The notes under the pieces: generated by a model
The model's input: only the letters and a program-made list of their open reading frames with translations
What the model was told of the DNA's origin: nothing
The model's database searches: none
Program-made: the position numbers and the translations under genes
Shown: positions 9,457 through 19,333 of the stretch, piece after piece
Numbering within the stretch: position 1 is the stretch's first letter
How the letters are laid out: the number at the start of each line of letters is the position of its first letter
NCBI GenBank assembly: GCA_965368975.1
Contig: CBDUPA010000008.1
Location: 128,001 to 192,000, forward strand
Direction: 5' to 3'
Length of the DNA stretch: 64,000 nucleotides
DNA from: an uncultured bacterium
Lineage (GTDB): Bacteria; Acidobacteriota; Thermoanaerobaculia; Multivoradales; JAHZIX01

Positions 9457-9795
9457 ATGATGAAGACGAAACTTGCTCTCGGATTCTTTCTTCTGGTCAT
9501 GCTGATCGCTCCCACCCTCCAGACCTTCGGGCAGGGTGGTTTTTATAACGGTTGCTACAGTTGCATGAGAGAGCCACTGAACCTTGTCGATCCGATCTTC
9601 GTTTGCTGTCGTGGATCTGCTTGTGAGACGTACTCAAGCAGTTTGCAGTATATCTACGTCCAGCGAGATTACTTCATCGACTGCAAAGCAGATCAGAACA
9701 AGAACTTGTGCGTAGGTAAAGTCTGCGAGGGTGCTAATACCACCTGGGATGGAGGGCCGATCACGGAGACGGAGGAAGAGTGCAACGGCTTTTAG
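9457..9795 (+). CDS. Small secreted cysteine-rich protein
   Basis: GAGG RBS, N-terminal signal peptide, 9 Cys in the mature part; AT-richer codon usage than flanking genes. Confidence 0.7.
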   Translation: MMKTKLALGFFLLVMLIAPTLQTFGQGGFYNGCYSCMREPLNLVDPIFVCCRGSACETYSSSLQYIYVQRDYFIDCKADQNKNLCVGKVCEGANTTWDGGPITETEEECNGF

Positions 9796-12700
9796 GGCGA
9801 GCAGTATCCTGCACACTTCTCGCATTGCTGCTAGCTGCTCATGAGATGCCGGCTGATGCTGCTACACTTCGAATCGAGTTTGGCACCCACGAGAATTCAG
9901 AGCTAAAGACAGAGAAGTATCTGGCCGTCGCCAGCTGGCATGATGGTTGGGATCAGCCTCTTGTTGAGAGAATTCTATCTGCGACTGAGAGTGGACAGAT
10001 TGACCTGGAACTGCCGCCCGGTGGGTATCGGGTCTTCTGTAGCGCTGCCGGCCATAGTCTTGCATTCAAGACTCTTCTGGAACTCACCGCAGCTGGTGCA
10101 GTTCAAGCTTGCAGGCTGCGGCCTCTCGTTCCCTTGCTAGGGCGAGTGCAGGATTCTGCGACTGGTGAACCAGTAGCGGGCGCCAAGGTCGGTTTTGCAA
10201 CTCTAGGTGCCTTGGAGTCGCCGATTCGGCTCTCACCACTCGGCGACGAACATCTGCGTCTCAATTATGTGGTTCGAACAGGCATTGATGGAACCTTCTC
10301 ATTGCCTGTCATACCCAACTACAGATCATCGCTCCTGATCGAAGCCCCTGGTTACGGAGCTAAGCTCCTGCAGGAGGTCACGTTCCCAGGCCTCGAGTCC
10401 TCCATTGGCGATATTCGTTTGCAGCGTGGAGGCACCATCGCCGCCAAGTTGATCGGTCCATTGCCTGAAGGGCTTGGCATAGAGAACTACAAGTGGGCAG
10501 TGCGTCCTGAAAGTCCGGAGATGGCAGAGCTAAGTTACTATCTCGATCGGCCCTTGCGGTACGAAGAGACCACTGAATGGACGGGCCTTGATCCAGGGCG
10601 CTATGAGATTTGGTTACGTGGCCGCGTCAAGGAGGCTCCGGGACTGCGCCCGTATCGACTAATAACGGTCGAGTTGATGCCGGGAACATCCGAGATCCTT
10701 CAGCTACAGGTTCCACACTCTCGAAGAACGACACCGAAGTCTGATCTCAACATTCGTATCCCAAGGGGGCTTGAGGTCGACGAGCAGGTCACCCTCGATC
10801 TTTGGCATTATGAGGAACTAACAACAATCACGGCTTTGACAGTGCAACAAGGCCAGGATGCTGTGGTCACTGTCGAAGAGGTCTGTGAGTCTGGCGCGGT
10901 CTTCGTCCTGCGAACTGCGAGTAGAATCTCACGGGCAATCCGCATTGAGGATTCGTGCTTCCTGGAAGTCCCTCTGGAAGAGGCCGCCAATCTGCAGGCG
11001 CGCTTGGCTGTGCCACAAGGCCACGTCCTCCCGAGAGCAGTAACGCTGTCCTTGGTACCCTGTCAGCAGGGTTTCTCAGAATCCGAGTCACTGGGACCTT
11101 TCCCGGTGCGAGTGCATCCTCGAAATGGTACCTGGACAGCTATGGCCCCGGCTGGATGCAACCGCGGACTTGTTCGAAGCCGGCAGTTTGCACCCGCTTC
11201 GTGGTCTGCAATTAGCTTGAAACCCGGTGGGGTCTACGATCTTGGGACCTTGCAGTTGACTCTGGGGGCTGCGTTGTTGGTCCGTGTCTCCGATGAAGAA
11301 AATGCTTCGCTGCAAGGAGCCACCGTCAAAGTCATCGCACCGGAGGACTTCCAGAACGAGGCGGTCCAGATCCTGGCGAACCAACCAGCTCTCGAAGGCA
11401 TAGTGCAGACCACGGATGCATGGGGCTGGGCACGTTTCGTTGGTCTACCACCAGGAGAAGTACATCTTGGAGTTTGGGCTCCGCGGAAAGCGCCCGCATT
11501 CACTGAGGGTCTCCGTTTGGAACCAGGGCGCGAGCTCTTGGTGGATGATTTGAATGTACAAGCCCCAGCGGTCCTGAACGTTTCGCTGAGCGGCATAGAG
11601 GACTTCCCGGGCGAGTTAGAACCGACGGTTCTCGCGCAACCTTTTCTCGGCTGTGGATGGTTCCCGTATGCTCCCGTCTTCGGTGAACCCATTCAGGGCG
11701 ATGGATCTAGATTCCGCTTGCTCGGTCCTCCAGGGCACTGGAAGGTGGAGGTGGGCTCGCGAGCCGACGGATCAGTCGGGGACGCCTTCCTAACGCAAGA
11801 GATAGAGGTTTTTTCCGGACAGCAAGAGCTTGAATTGAATTTGTCCGAAACGATCTTTCGAGGCCGGTTGAAACGGGCTGGTCTACCAGTGACTGGGCAA
11901 GTGCTCTTCCGTGCAGAGTTTGGACGGGAAGGAAGCAGTACTGCGGTGGAAACAGCAGAGGACGGGACCTTCCAAGTTGCCCTCGAAGCAGCCGGGTCGT
12001 ACTCGGTACAGGTACGGGAGACAGAGGCCGCAAGCGTAACGACTATACCGGGAATCAAAGTAACTTCGACGGATCAGGATATTCTCATCGAGTTTCCTGT
12101 GGGTGCAATCCGAGGCCGCGTGTTCGACCCGCAAGGAGTGGAGGTTGCAGGGGTCTCAGTTACGGCCGTTCAGTATCCGGAATCAACACAGGGTAGAGCG
12201 ATCAGGGCTTCCGCTCGTTCTGACGAGAGCGGAGCCTTCTTACTGGAGGGGTTGCGAAACGGTGTGTGGCGAGTGCACTGCCAGTCCGGTGCCTATCGAT
12301 GCATTGAAACCGTTGTCGATCTTCTACCAGATGAGCAGCGCTCAGACGTAGAGACCTATCTCAGCGCACCTTTGGCGATCCAGGGTCGCGTTACGACTGC
12401 GCAAGGACACCCCGTAGCGTCGGCCGAACTCCAGATAGTGGTCTGGGTGCCCAGGCTCGGGAAACAGCCGGTACTTCAAACTGCCTTTACCGGAGCGGAC
12501 GGCTACTTCGAAGCAGCTCTGGACCCGAACTACGCGGAAGTAGACCTGTGGAACAGCGGAGTAGTGAGCGTTGCGGTGAAGGCGCCGGGCTCTCCTATCG
12601 CCGCGTTTCGATCCGCCTATTCATCGCAACCTATCGCTCTCGAGTTACCAGCCACAAGTAGCCACTTGAAGATCAGATTCGAGGCAATTGCTGCCCCGGT

Positions 12701-12965
12701 TTCGGGTCAAGGGACTTTTATTCTCATCTCAGAGGACGGTGCATGGGTACTCCTGAATGGTTTTTCTTCCCCAGGGGCCGTCGACTGGCGCAACGACTCA
12801 ATCGTAGTTCCTTCGATAGTCCCTGGTAGCTGGAAGCTGATTCGGATTCAGCAATTGGCTGACGTCATGTCGCTGCTCGATGCCGGTAGTCTCGTTGAAG
12901 CTCTGGCCAGCTTCGAGGTCCTTGCCGGCGAGACGACGGAAGTCCTGGTCTCCCTTCCCGAGTAG
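9780..12965 (+). CDS. Large secreted protein with repeated carboxypeptidase-regulatory-like (beta-sandwich) domains
   Basis: Signal peptide; repeats GRVQDSATGEPVAGAKV, GRVFDPQGVEVAGVSV, GRVTTAQGHPVASAEL, SDESGAFLLEGLRNG. Confidence 0.78.
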   Translation: MQRLLGRAVSCTLLALLLAAHEMPADAATLRIEFGTHENSELKTEKYLAVASWHDGWDQPLVERILSATESGQIDLELPPGGYRVFCSAAGHSLAFKTLLELTAAGAVQACRLRPLVPLLGRVQDSATGEPVAGAKVGFATLGALESPIRLSPLGDEHLRLNYVVRTGIDGTFSLPVIPNYRSSLLIEAPGYGAKLLQEVTFPGLESSIGDIRLQRGGTIAAKLIGPLPEGLGIENYKWAVRPESPEMAELSYYLDRPLRYEETTEWTGLDPGRYEIWLRGRVKEAPGLRPYRLITVELMPGTSEILQLQVPHSRRTTPKSDLNIRIPRGLEVDEQVTLDLWHYEELTTITALTVQQGQDAVVTVEEVCESGAVFVLRTASRISRAIRIEDSCFLEVPLEEAANLQARLAVPQGHVLPRAVTLSLVPCQQGFSESESLGPFPVRVHPRNGTWTAMAPAGCNRGLVRSRQFAPASWSAISLKPGGVYDLGTLQLTLGAALLVRVSDEENASLQGATVKVIAPEDFQNEAVQILANQPALEGIVQTTDAWGWARFVGLPPGEVHLGVWAPRKAPAFTEGLRLEPGRELLVDDLNVQAPAVLNVSLSGIEDFPGELEPTVLAQPFLGCGWFPYAPVFGEPIQGDGSRFRLLGPPGHWKVEVGSRADGSVGDAFLTQEIEVFSGQQELELNLSETIFRGRLKRAGLPVTGQVLFRAEFGREGSSTAVETAEDGTFQVALEAAGSYSVQVRETEAASVTTIPGIKVTSTDQDILIEFPVGAIRGRVFDPQGVEVAGVSVTAVQYPESTQGRAIRASARSDESGAFLLEGLRNGVWRVHCQSGAYRCIETVVDLLPDEQRSDVETYLSAPLAIQGRVTTAQGHPVASAELQIVVWVPRLGKQPVLQTAFTGADGYFEAALDPNYAEVDLWNSGVVSVAVKAPGSPIAAFRSAYSSQPIALELPATSSHLKIRFEAIAAPVSGQGTFILISEDGAWVLLNGFSSPGAVDWRNDSIVVPSIVPGSWKLIRIQQLADVMSLLDAGSLVEALASFEVLAGETTEVLVSLPE

Positions 12966-13095
12966 TTCCTCACGTTACCGGCCAGCATACCGTTCGCGAA
13001 CCTTCCTCCCCGACACGCGTAGTAAACTGCAGCCGCTCGTTCGAGCCGCACGAGGCTCGACCATCTTCCGCCACGACTGTTCCGGAGATTCAACG

Positions 13096-14478
13096 ATGCA
13101 TCGACCTGCACGAAGCCCGAAGAACCTCGCCCTCTCCCTGCTGGCCGTTGCGCTGCTGCCCATCCTTCCCGCTTCCGCTGACTGGCCACAGTGGCGCGGC
13201 CCTGGCCGTGACGCCAAAGCCCCAGATGAAGGGCTGATCCAGCAGTGGCCGGCCGAGGGGCCGCCGCTGGACTGGCGTCTCGATGGTTTCGGTGCCGGCT
13301 ATTCGAGCGTCGCAGTGGCAGGGCAGCGCATCTACACGCTGGGTGACTACGAAGGTCGCGAAGGGCAGCCCGCCGAAGGGCAGTACGTGGTAGCCGCGGC
13401 GCGAGATGGCAGTGAGATTCTGTGGCGAACCCGCATCGGCAAGACATGGCAAGATCGCTACCTCGGGCCGCGTTCGACACCGACTATCGATGGCGATCGG
13501 GTCTACGCGCTGAGTACGGACGGCACGCTCGTATGCTTGGCCGCGGCGGACGGCAAGGTGATCTGGCAGCGCAGCTTGCCGGAGGACTTCGGCGGCGTGG
13601 TGATGTCCTACGAAGGTCGCATCGACTGGAAGTTCGCGGAGTCTCCGCTGGTCGATGGCGAGCGCGTGATCGTGACGCCAGGCTCCAAGCAGGCGGGCCT
13701 GGTGGCCCTGAACAAGAGCGATGGCAAGGAGATCTGGCGCACCCGTCTGCCGGACGATCTGGGAGAGCAGGGAGGCGATGGCGCGGGCTATTCGTCCGTC
13801 GTGATCTCGCACGGTGCGGGCGTCAAGCAGTACGTGCAGCTGCTGGGGCGTGGACTGGTCGGCGTCGACGCGGCGGACGGTCGGTTTCTCTGGCACTACA
13901 ATCGAGTGGCCAATGCGGTCGCCAACATTTCGACGCCCTTGGTCGATGGGGACCATGTCTTCGCCTCGACCGGCTACGAGACCGGTGCGGTGCTGCTGAA
14001 GCTGCGCAAGACCGAGGCAGGGGTGGCGGCCGACGAGGTCTACTTCCTGGACCACACGACTTTCCAGAATCACCACGGCAACATGATCCTGCACGAGGGC
14101 TACGTCTACGCTGGCACCGCTCACAACAAGGGTTTTCCGATCGCGCTCGAGCTGAAGACCGGTGAGGCCGCCTGGGGGCCGGTACGCAACGCCGGCTCGG
14201 GTTCGGCGGCGGTCGCATTCGCCGATGGCCGCCTCTACTTCCGCTACCAGAACGGCGTCATGGTGTTGATCGAGGCGACGCCCGAGGGGTACCAGGAACT
14301 CGGTTCGTTCGAGATTCCTGACGTCCAGCACGAGAGCTGGTCACATCCGGTGATCGCCGATGGGCACCTCTACCTGCGGGAGCAGAATCACCTTCTGTGC
14401 TACGACTTACAGGCTCGCTCTGAGCGCGCTGCACCGAGGGGCAGAGACAGTAGCCAGGAGGCTCGGACTGGGCGCTGA
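13096..14478 (+). CDS. PQQ-binding-like beta-propeller repeat protein (BamB-like)
   Basis: Signal peptide then [12 protein letters not shown]; GYSS, RSTP, ESPLV, WSHPV..GHLYLR; GGAG RBS before ATG 13096. Confidence 0.88.
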   Translation: MHRPARSPKNLALSLLAVALLPILPASADWPQWRGPGRDAKAPDEGLIQQWPAEGPPLDWRLDGFGAGYSSVAVAGQRIYTLGDYEGREGQPAEGQYVVAAARDGSEILWRTRIGKTWQDRYLGPRSTPTIDGDRVYALSTDGTLVCLAAADGKVIWQRSLPEDFGGVVMSYEGRIDWKFAESPLVDGERVIVTPGSKQAGLVALNKSDGKEIWRTRLPDDLGEQGGDGAGYSSVVISHGAGVKQYVQLLGRGLVGVDAADGRFLWHYNRVANAVANISTPLVDGDHVFASTGYETGAVLLKLRKTEAGVAADEVYFLDHTTFQNHHGNMILHEGYVYAGTAHNKGFPIALELKTGEAAWGPVRNAGSGSAAVAFADGRLYFRYQNGVMVLIEATPEGYQELGSFEIPDVQHESWSHPVIADGHLYLREQNHLLCYDLQARSERAAPRGRDSSQEARTGR

Positions 14479-14507
14479 GGGGGGAGTGCCCGCTGAGGGG
14501 GAAGTGC
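14473..14507. repeat. 18-bp tandem duplication spanning a stop codon
   Basis: CGCTGAGGGGGGAGTGC / CGCTGAGGGGGAAGTGC; the first copy contains the TGA at 14476-14478. Confidence 0.7.
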
Positions 14508-14518
14508 AGCGCCAGGGA

Positions 14519-15448
14519 ATGCCGCCACAGTGGCTGCTGATCACGGCGTTCCTGGTCATGACCACCATCTGGGGTACCACGTGGGCGGTGGTGCGCGTCG
14601 GGTTGGACTACATTCCGCCGTTCACCGGCGCCGCGTTGCGCTTCGCGCTTGGAGGTGCACTGCTGCTGTTGCTGGCGCGCTGGAAGGGCATCCCACTGGG
14701 GCGCGATGCCTGGGAGCGGCGGCTATGGTGGATCACCGGCATCGGTTCCTTTGTCTTCGGCTATGGGACGATCTACTGGGCCGAGCAGTGGGTGCCATCC
14801 GGCTTGGCGGCAGTGCTGTTCGCGCTGCTGCCGATATTCGTCGCCTGGATGGGGCACTTCTGGTTGCCCAATGAGCGTCTGACCTGGCGCACCGGTCTCG
14901 GGACGATCGCCGGATTCCTGGGCATCGTGGTGATCTTCTCGGAGGACTTGGACGGCCTCGCGGGGCCGGGGGCCGCGGCCGCGGCCCTGGTGCTGTTGCT
15001 GTCGCCGCTGGCTTTTGCTGTGACCAGCGTGTCAGCCAAGCGCTGGGGCGCTGGACTGCATGCGCTGTCGCTGTCGGCCATACCGATGTTGATCGGCTCC
15101 GCTTGCTTGGGGATCGCGGCTTTCCTGCTCGAGCGAGATGTCGAGGTGATCTGGACGGCCTCCGCGGTCGGCTCGGTGCTGTATCTCGCCGTCTTCGGCT
15201 CGGCGCTCAGCTTCGGCCTGTTCTACTGGATGCTCGGCTACTGGACCGCGGGGCGCATGTCGCTGATCGCCTACCTGACGCCAGTCGTGGCGGTGGTCGT
15301 CGGCACGCTGATGCTCGACGAACCCCTGTCGCGGCGGATCCTGGCCGGCTCCGCGCTGGTTCTCGCCGGTGTTGCGGCGGCTTCTGGGTTGGGTTTGCGA
15401 TCCAGGCGCGCAGCGTTTCAATCTAAGCCGGCTCTTCCCATAGAATAG
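14519..15448 (+). CDS. EamA/DMT family transporter
   Basis: IWGTTW, PPF..AALRF, WAEQWVPSGLAAVL, YLAVFGS, YLTPVVAV; about 10 TM segments. Confidence 0.9.
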   Translation: MPPQWLLITAFLVMTTIWGTTWAVVRVGLDYIPPFTGAALRFALGGALLLLLARWKGIPLGRDAWERRLWWITGIGSFVFGYGTIYWAEQWVPSGLAAVLFALLPIFVAWMGHFWLPNERLTWRTGLGTIAGFLGIVVIFSEDLDGLAGPGAAAAALVLLLSPLAFAVTSVSAKRWGAGLHALSLSAIPMLIGSACLGIAAFLLERDVEVIWTASAVGSVLYLAVFGSALSFGLFYWMLGYWTAGRMSLIAYLTPVVAVVVGTLMLDEPLSRRILAGSALVLAGVAAASGLGLRSRRAAFQSKPALPIE

Positions 15449-15590
15449 AGCTGTCACCGCGTCGTCTTGCCCGCCGCACCGTTTTGCCTGCCACAGGATC
15501 GCGGCTCGGGTACCCGGAAACGGCTACCGTCATTGTTTCGGCCGCCCAGATCGTCAGGGGCCGCACCGCGGCTCCGGGAGTTCGCCACCC

Positions 15591-17987
15591 ATGTGGACCC
15601 GCTATACTCAGTTTGAATCCCTCGAACACCTGATGGCCAGCCAGCTCCGGCCGGGCGGCAACCGGGTGCCGGTGACCTGTGTCGTCTTCGGCGGTACTGG
15701 TGCCGTCGGCGGTTCCACGGTGCTCGAGTTGTGCCGCTTTCTACTCGCGGCCCGCCGCTACCGGGAGGAGCCGTTTCGCGGGCGCATCTACGCTACGGCG
15801 CTCGGCGAGCGGGAAATCAGGGACTTCCTGCGCCGCGTAGCGCAGGCGCTGGAGCCGGAAGCCGAGCTGGAGACACTGGAGACCCACCGCCACTACCGTC
15901 TCGGCGGCCTTGTCGACCTCCATTTCGACCTGCTGCAGTTGCGCGTTCCCGAAGAACTGGCGGGTTTCGTCGAACGGCGGCTGGAGGGGCGCGCCGCCGA
16001 GCCGGCGTTGCTCGAACAGCTGATCGAGGAGTACTGCGACGCGCTGCCGCGGCCGTTCCAGGAGTACGTGGAGCAACTCGGCCATCCGCACTTGCTCGAC
16101 GGGGTCGTGGTGGCGATCCCGCTGCCTAGCGTCGCCACCTACACCCTCGGTGCCATGGACCTGCTGGCCGAGCGCTTTGGGCTCGGGCACGACGTCGTGC
16201 AACGGGTCAAGGATCACTACCTGGAGACCTTTGTGCGTGGCCTGGCGGTGGTGCAGCAGAAGCACTCGCGTCACGTGGTGATCGCGCACACCACTGGTGT
16301 GGGCGGCATGTGTACAGTCGATGGCCTCAACGAGGAGATTCGCACCGGCTTTGCCCACAGTAGCAGCGGCAAGTTGCTGCAGGACAAGAAGTACTTCGCA
16401 GATCGCTTGACACGTCTCTACCTGGATCAGGGGTTCGACGTGCTCGCCACCGCGGCTGCCATTGGCATCGATGCCGTCGAGTTCGACTACCGCCTACCAG
16501 TGATCACGCCGGTGCGGCGCGTGTTGACGGCCGCTGTCGATGCCGAGGGGGATGGGTTTCCGGTGCTGCGCGAAGATCTGGATGCAGGCATCATCCGACG
16601 CTACAAGCCGCTCGACATGCCGTTCGGGCGCCATCGCGCTGAAGGCGGCGACACGGAAGGGCGTCAAGCGGTGAGTTTCGGCCGTGGCCGCGAGCTGCGC
16701 GTCGAGGCGGCGATCCGCAGCGGGGAGAACGGCCTGTTCTCGGTCGCCAACTGCACGGCGCTCTACCACGTCATGAAGGTCGCAATCCCAGAGGAACTGG
16801 CCAACGTCATCCTGCGCCGTGTCGTTTTCGGCCGCGAGCGACGGCGCAGCTGGTTCCAAGAAGGGTTGTGCTACTACACCGAGACCGAGAATGCGCACCT
16901 GGCGCACCGAGTCCTGGACAGCGATCAGAGGCTCCAACGGGCGCACCTCGGTGCCTTCGCCGTGCAGGCCTATCAGGCACTCGGCTCGTCGACGCACCAA
17001 GCGCGTCTGCATGAGCTGGGCCTCGTCTTGTTGTTGCTGCGGCTCCTGCAGCTGCGTCGCCGCTTGGATTCCTTCTCTGATGGCGCATTGCTCGATGCCA
17101 GCGCCGATATCGATGACTTTCTCTGGCGGCATACCGAGACGCCGGTGTTCGAGGACTTCCTGGATCTCGGTGTGCCACGCTTGGCTCGGTTGCTGGGGCA
17201 ACTGTGCGAGATTCGCTCCAAGGGACAGCTGGCCGAACTGCTGGCTCTTGATCGACCGCCAGGTGGCCCAGGGGCGGGTGAGTTCGCCGTGGCTGGAGCC
17301 AGACCGGGTATGGCTGGCTCGGGGCAGCGGTCGAAGGGCCGCGAGCGGTTTCTGGCGCGCATGGTGACCCGCATCCGGCGTTACCTTTCGGTGATCACGT
17401 CCTTGGGCACGCCGATCCTCTATCAGAGTGAGACGCACGGACAGACGCGCATGCTCGTCGGCCCTTATGTCGCTCCGCTGGACCTGGCGGTGACCCACTC
17501 CGCCGCCGTTCACGTGGCGCTCGAGCGCAAGGCAGAGGACGCTGGCGTCAGCTATGAAACGGCGCGCGATTGGGCGGTGTCGAACAACGGTTTCATCGAC
17601 CTGCGCCCGCACGCGCTCGGTACCGATGCCAAGCAGCTGGGGCCCGAGGCTGAGGCGTCACTGCTGGCCACGGACGATCTGGAGCAGCTACGCCAATGGC
17701 TACTCGGGCTGACGCCGTCGCGCTACTTCACCACCAACGGGCTGCTGGCTCTCGACCGCCGTCTGCGCGGATTACACCTGCGGCTGCAGACTCGCCACAC
17801 GGAGCTGGGGACCGCCAACACCTGGAAGAACCTCTTCTTCCGCCGTACCGACGGCAAGTACGTGCTGTCCCCGGGCCTGGTCGAGACTTGCCGCATGTAC
17901 ACCGAGGGTCTGGGCAAGGTGACCGGTACGGAGCTGCTGTGGCCGATCTGGGGCTATTGGATCCCAGGCTTGTCGACGGATGTCTGA
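15591..17987 (+). CDS. Uncharacterised ~800-aa NAD(P)-binding Rossmann-fold protein (copy 1)
   Basis: VVFGGTGAVGG; shares many colinear motifs with 34776-37154; host-like codon usage. Confidence 0.8.
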   Translation: MWTRYTQFESLEHLMASQLRPGGNRVPVTCVVFGGTGAVGGSTVLELCRFLLAARRYREEPFRGRIYATALGEREIRDFLRRVAQALEPEAELETLETHRHYRLGGLVDLHFDLLQLRVPEELAGFVERRLEGRAAEPALLEQLIEEYCDALPRPFQEYVEQLGHPHLLDGVVVAIPLPSVATYTLGAMDLLAERFGLGHDVVQRVKDHYLETFVRGLAVVQQKHSRHVVIAHTTGVGGMCTVDGLNEEIRTGFAHSSSGKLLQDKKYFADRLTRLYLDQGFDVLATAAAIGIDAVEFDYRLPVITPVRRVLTAAVDAEGDGFPVLREDLDAGIIRRYKPLDMPFGRHRAEGGDTEGRQAVSFGRGRELRVEAAIRSGENGLFSVANCTALYHVMKVAIPEELANVILRRVVFGRERRRSWFQEGLCYYTETENAHLAHRVLDSDQRLQRAHLGAFAVQAYQALGSSTHQARLHELGLVLLLLRLLQLRRRLDSFSDGALLDASADIDDFLWRHTETPVFEDFLDLGVPRLARLLGQLCEIRSKGQLAELLALDRPPGGPGAGEFAVAGARPGMAGSGQRSKGRERFLARMVTRIRRYLSVITSLGTPILYQSETHGQTRMLVGPYVAPLDLAVTHSAAVHVALERKAEDAGVSYETARDWAVSNNGFIDLRPHALGTDAKQLGPEAEASLLATDDLEQLRQWLLGLTPSRYFTTNGLLALDRRLRGLHLRLQTRHTELGTANTWKNLFFRRTDGKYVLSPGLVETCRMYTEGLGKVTGTELLWPIWGYWIPGLSTDV

Positions 17988-18022
17988 ATCCGTGGTGTGA
18001 CGGCGAAGACCTTGGCGTGACA

Positions 18023-18439
18023 ATGCCCGCCGCCATGGTGACTTCCGGTGCTACCTGGCTGTACCGCCTGGGGGCGGATCTGACGGTGCTGCTGCACTTC
18101 GGGTTCGTGCTCTTCGTGGTACTCGGTGGCCTGCTGGTCCTGCGCTGGCGGCGGCTCGCCTGGGCTCACCTGCCGGCAGTGGCGTGGGGGGCTGGTATCG
18201 AATTCGGCGGCTGGATCTGTCCGTTGACCCATGTGGAGAACCACCTGCGGCGCCTGGCCGGTGAGGGCGGCTACGAAGGCGGCTTCGTCGAGCGCTATCT
18301 GCTGCCCGTGCTGTATCCGCAAGGCCTGACGCGCGAAGTCCAGATCGGTCTCGGAGTCTTCGTGCTGGTGGTCAACCTTGGAGTCTACGCGTGGGTGATG
18401 TTCCGGCGTGGACAGGTGGCGGAAGATCGGGCAGAATAG
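18023..18439 (+). CDS. DUF2784 family membrane protein
   Basis: YRLGADLTVLLHFGF..F, HLPAVAWG, CPLT.VEN.LR, GF.ERYL. Confidence 0.85.
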   Translation: MPAAMVTSGATWLYRLGADLTVLLHFGFVLFVVLGGLLVLRWRRLAWAHLPAVAWGAGIEFGGWICPLTHVENHLRRLAGEGGYEGGFVERYLLPVLYPQGLTREVQIGLGVFVLVVNLGVYAWVMFRRGQVAEDRAE

Positions 18440-18500
18440 CCAGCCGCTTTTCTGCAAACCATTGAACTATGATGCAACTGGATCGAATGGGAGAATCCGA

Positions 18501-19250
18501 ATGAGCAATGGCAAGAAAGGACTGCATCCGCTGGCCTGGGTGGCGATCGGATGCGGCGCGCTGATCGTCATCGGTGGTCTGGTGCTGACGCTGGGCCTGG
18601 GGTATCTGGGCTTCAAGGCGAAGCAGTTCGTCGAAGAGTACGAAGAGAACCCTGCCCTCGGCGTGGCGCAGGTGATCGCTGCCACCAATCCCGAAGTCGA
18701 GATCGAGTCCTCGGACGAGACCGCGCAGACCGTGACCTTCCGCAACACCGAGACTGGTGAGTTGATGACGATCAACTACAAGGATCTGGAAGAAGGCCGT
18801 GTCAGTTTCGAGAGCAGCGAAGGCAGCTTCGAGATCGATGCCTCTGAGGAGGGGGGCGGTACGGTCACCATGACGAATGAAGACGGAGACACCGTCTACC
18901 AGGCAGGGGCCGCGGTCGACGCAGATGTACCGGCTTGGGTGCCGATGATGAGTGATGCGACGCTCAACCCGGTGGTGCAGCAGCAGACCTCGGACGGCAA
19001 CTTCGCGAGCTTCCAGGTCACCTTCCCGGAAGGCACCGAGGTCAAGGACGTCTTCGACTTCTACCAGCAGCAACTGGAAGACGCGGGCTTCGAGGTTGAT
19101 CGCGCCGAGCAGACGGTCAACGGCCAGGTCACCGGTACGGTGATCGGGGACAACGCTGCTTCTGGCCAGAACGTCACGATCTTTGCGGGCGTCGACGATC
19201 AGGGGGCGGTCGGCGGCATGCTGACGGTCACCGAGAAGAAGGGTAACTGA
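18501..19250 (+). CDS. Membrane-anchored acidic hypothetical protein
   Basis: GGAG RBS, single N-terminal TM (WVAIGCG), acidic periplasmic region, VPAWVP motif. Confidence 0.75.
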   Translation: MSNGKKGLHPLAWVAIGCGALIVIGGLVLTLGLGYLGFKAKQFVEEYEENPALGVAQVIAATNPEVEIESSDETAQTVTFRNTETGELMTINYKDLEEGRVSFESSEGSFEIDASEEGGGTVTMTNEDGDTVYQAGAAVDADVPAWVPMMSDATLNPVVQQQTSDGNFASFQVTFPEGTEVKDVFDFYQQQLEDAGFEVDRAEQTVNGQVTGTVIGDNAASGQNVTIFAGVDDQGAVGGMLTVTEKKGN

Positions 19251-19267
19251 CGAACGTCAGAGGACCG

Positions 19268-19305
19268 CGCCGAAGGCACCCACTGTTGGGTACCTTCGGC
19301 GTTTC
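19268..19305 (+). terminator. Rho-independent terminator between convergent genes
   Basis: CGCCGAAGG...CCTTCGGCG stem followed by TTT. Confidence 0.65.
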
Positions 19306-19333
19306 TAGATTTCCGAAGCCCGCGGGGCAACGC

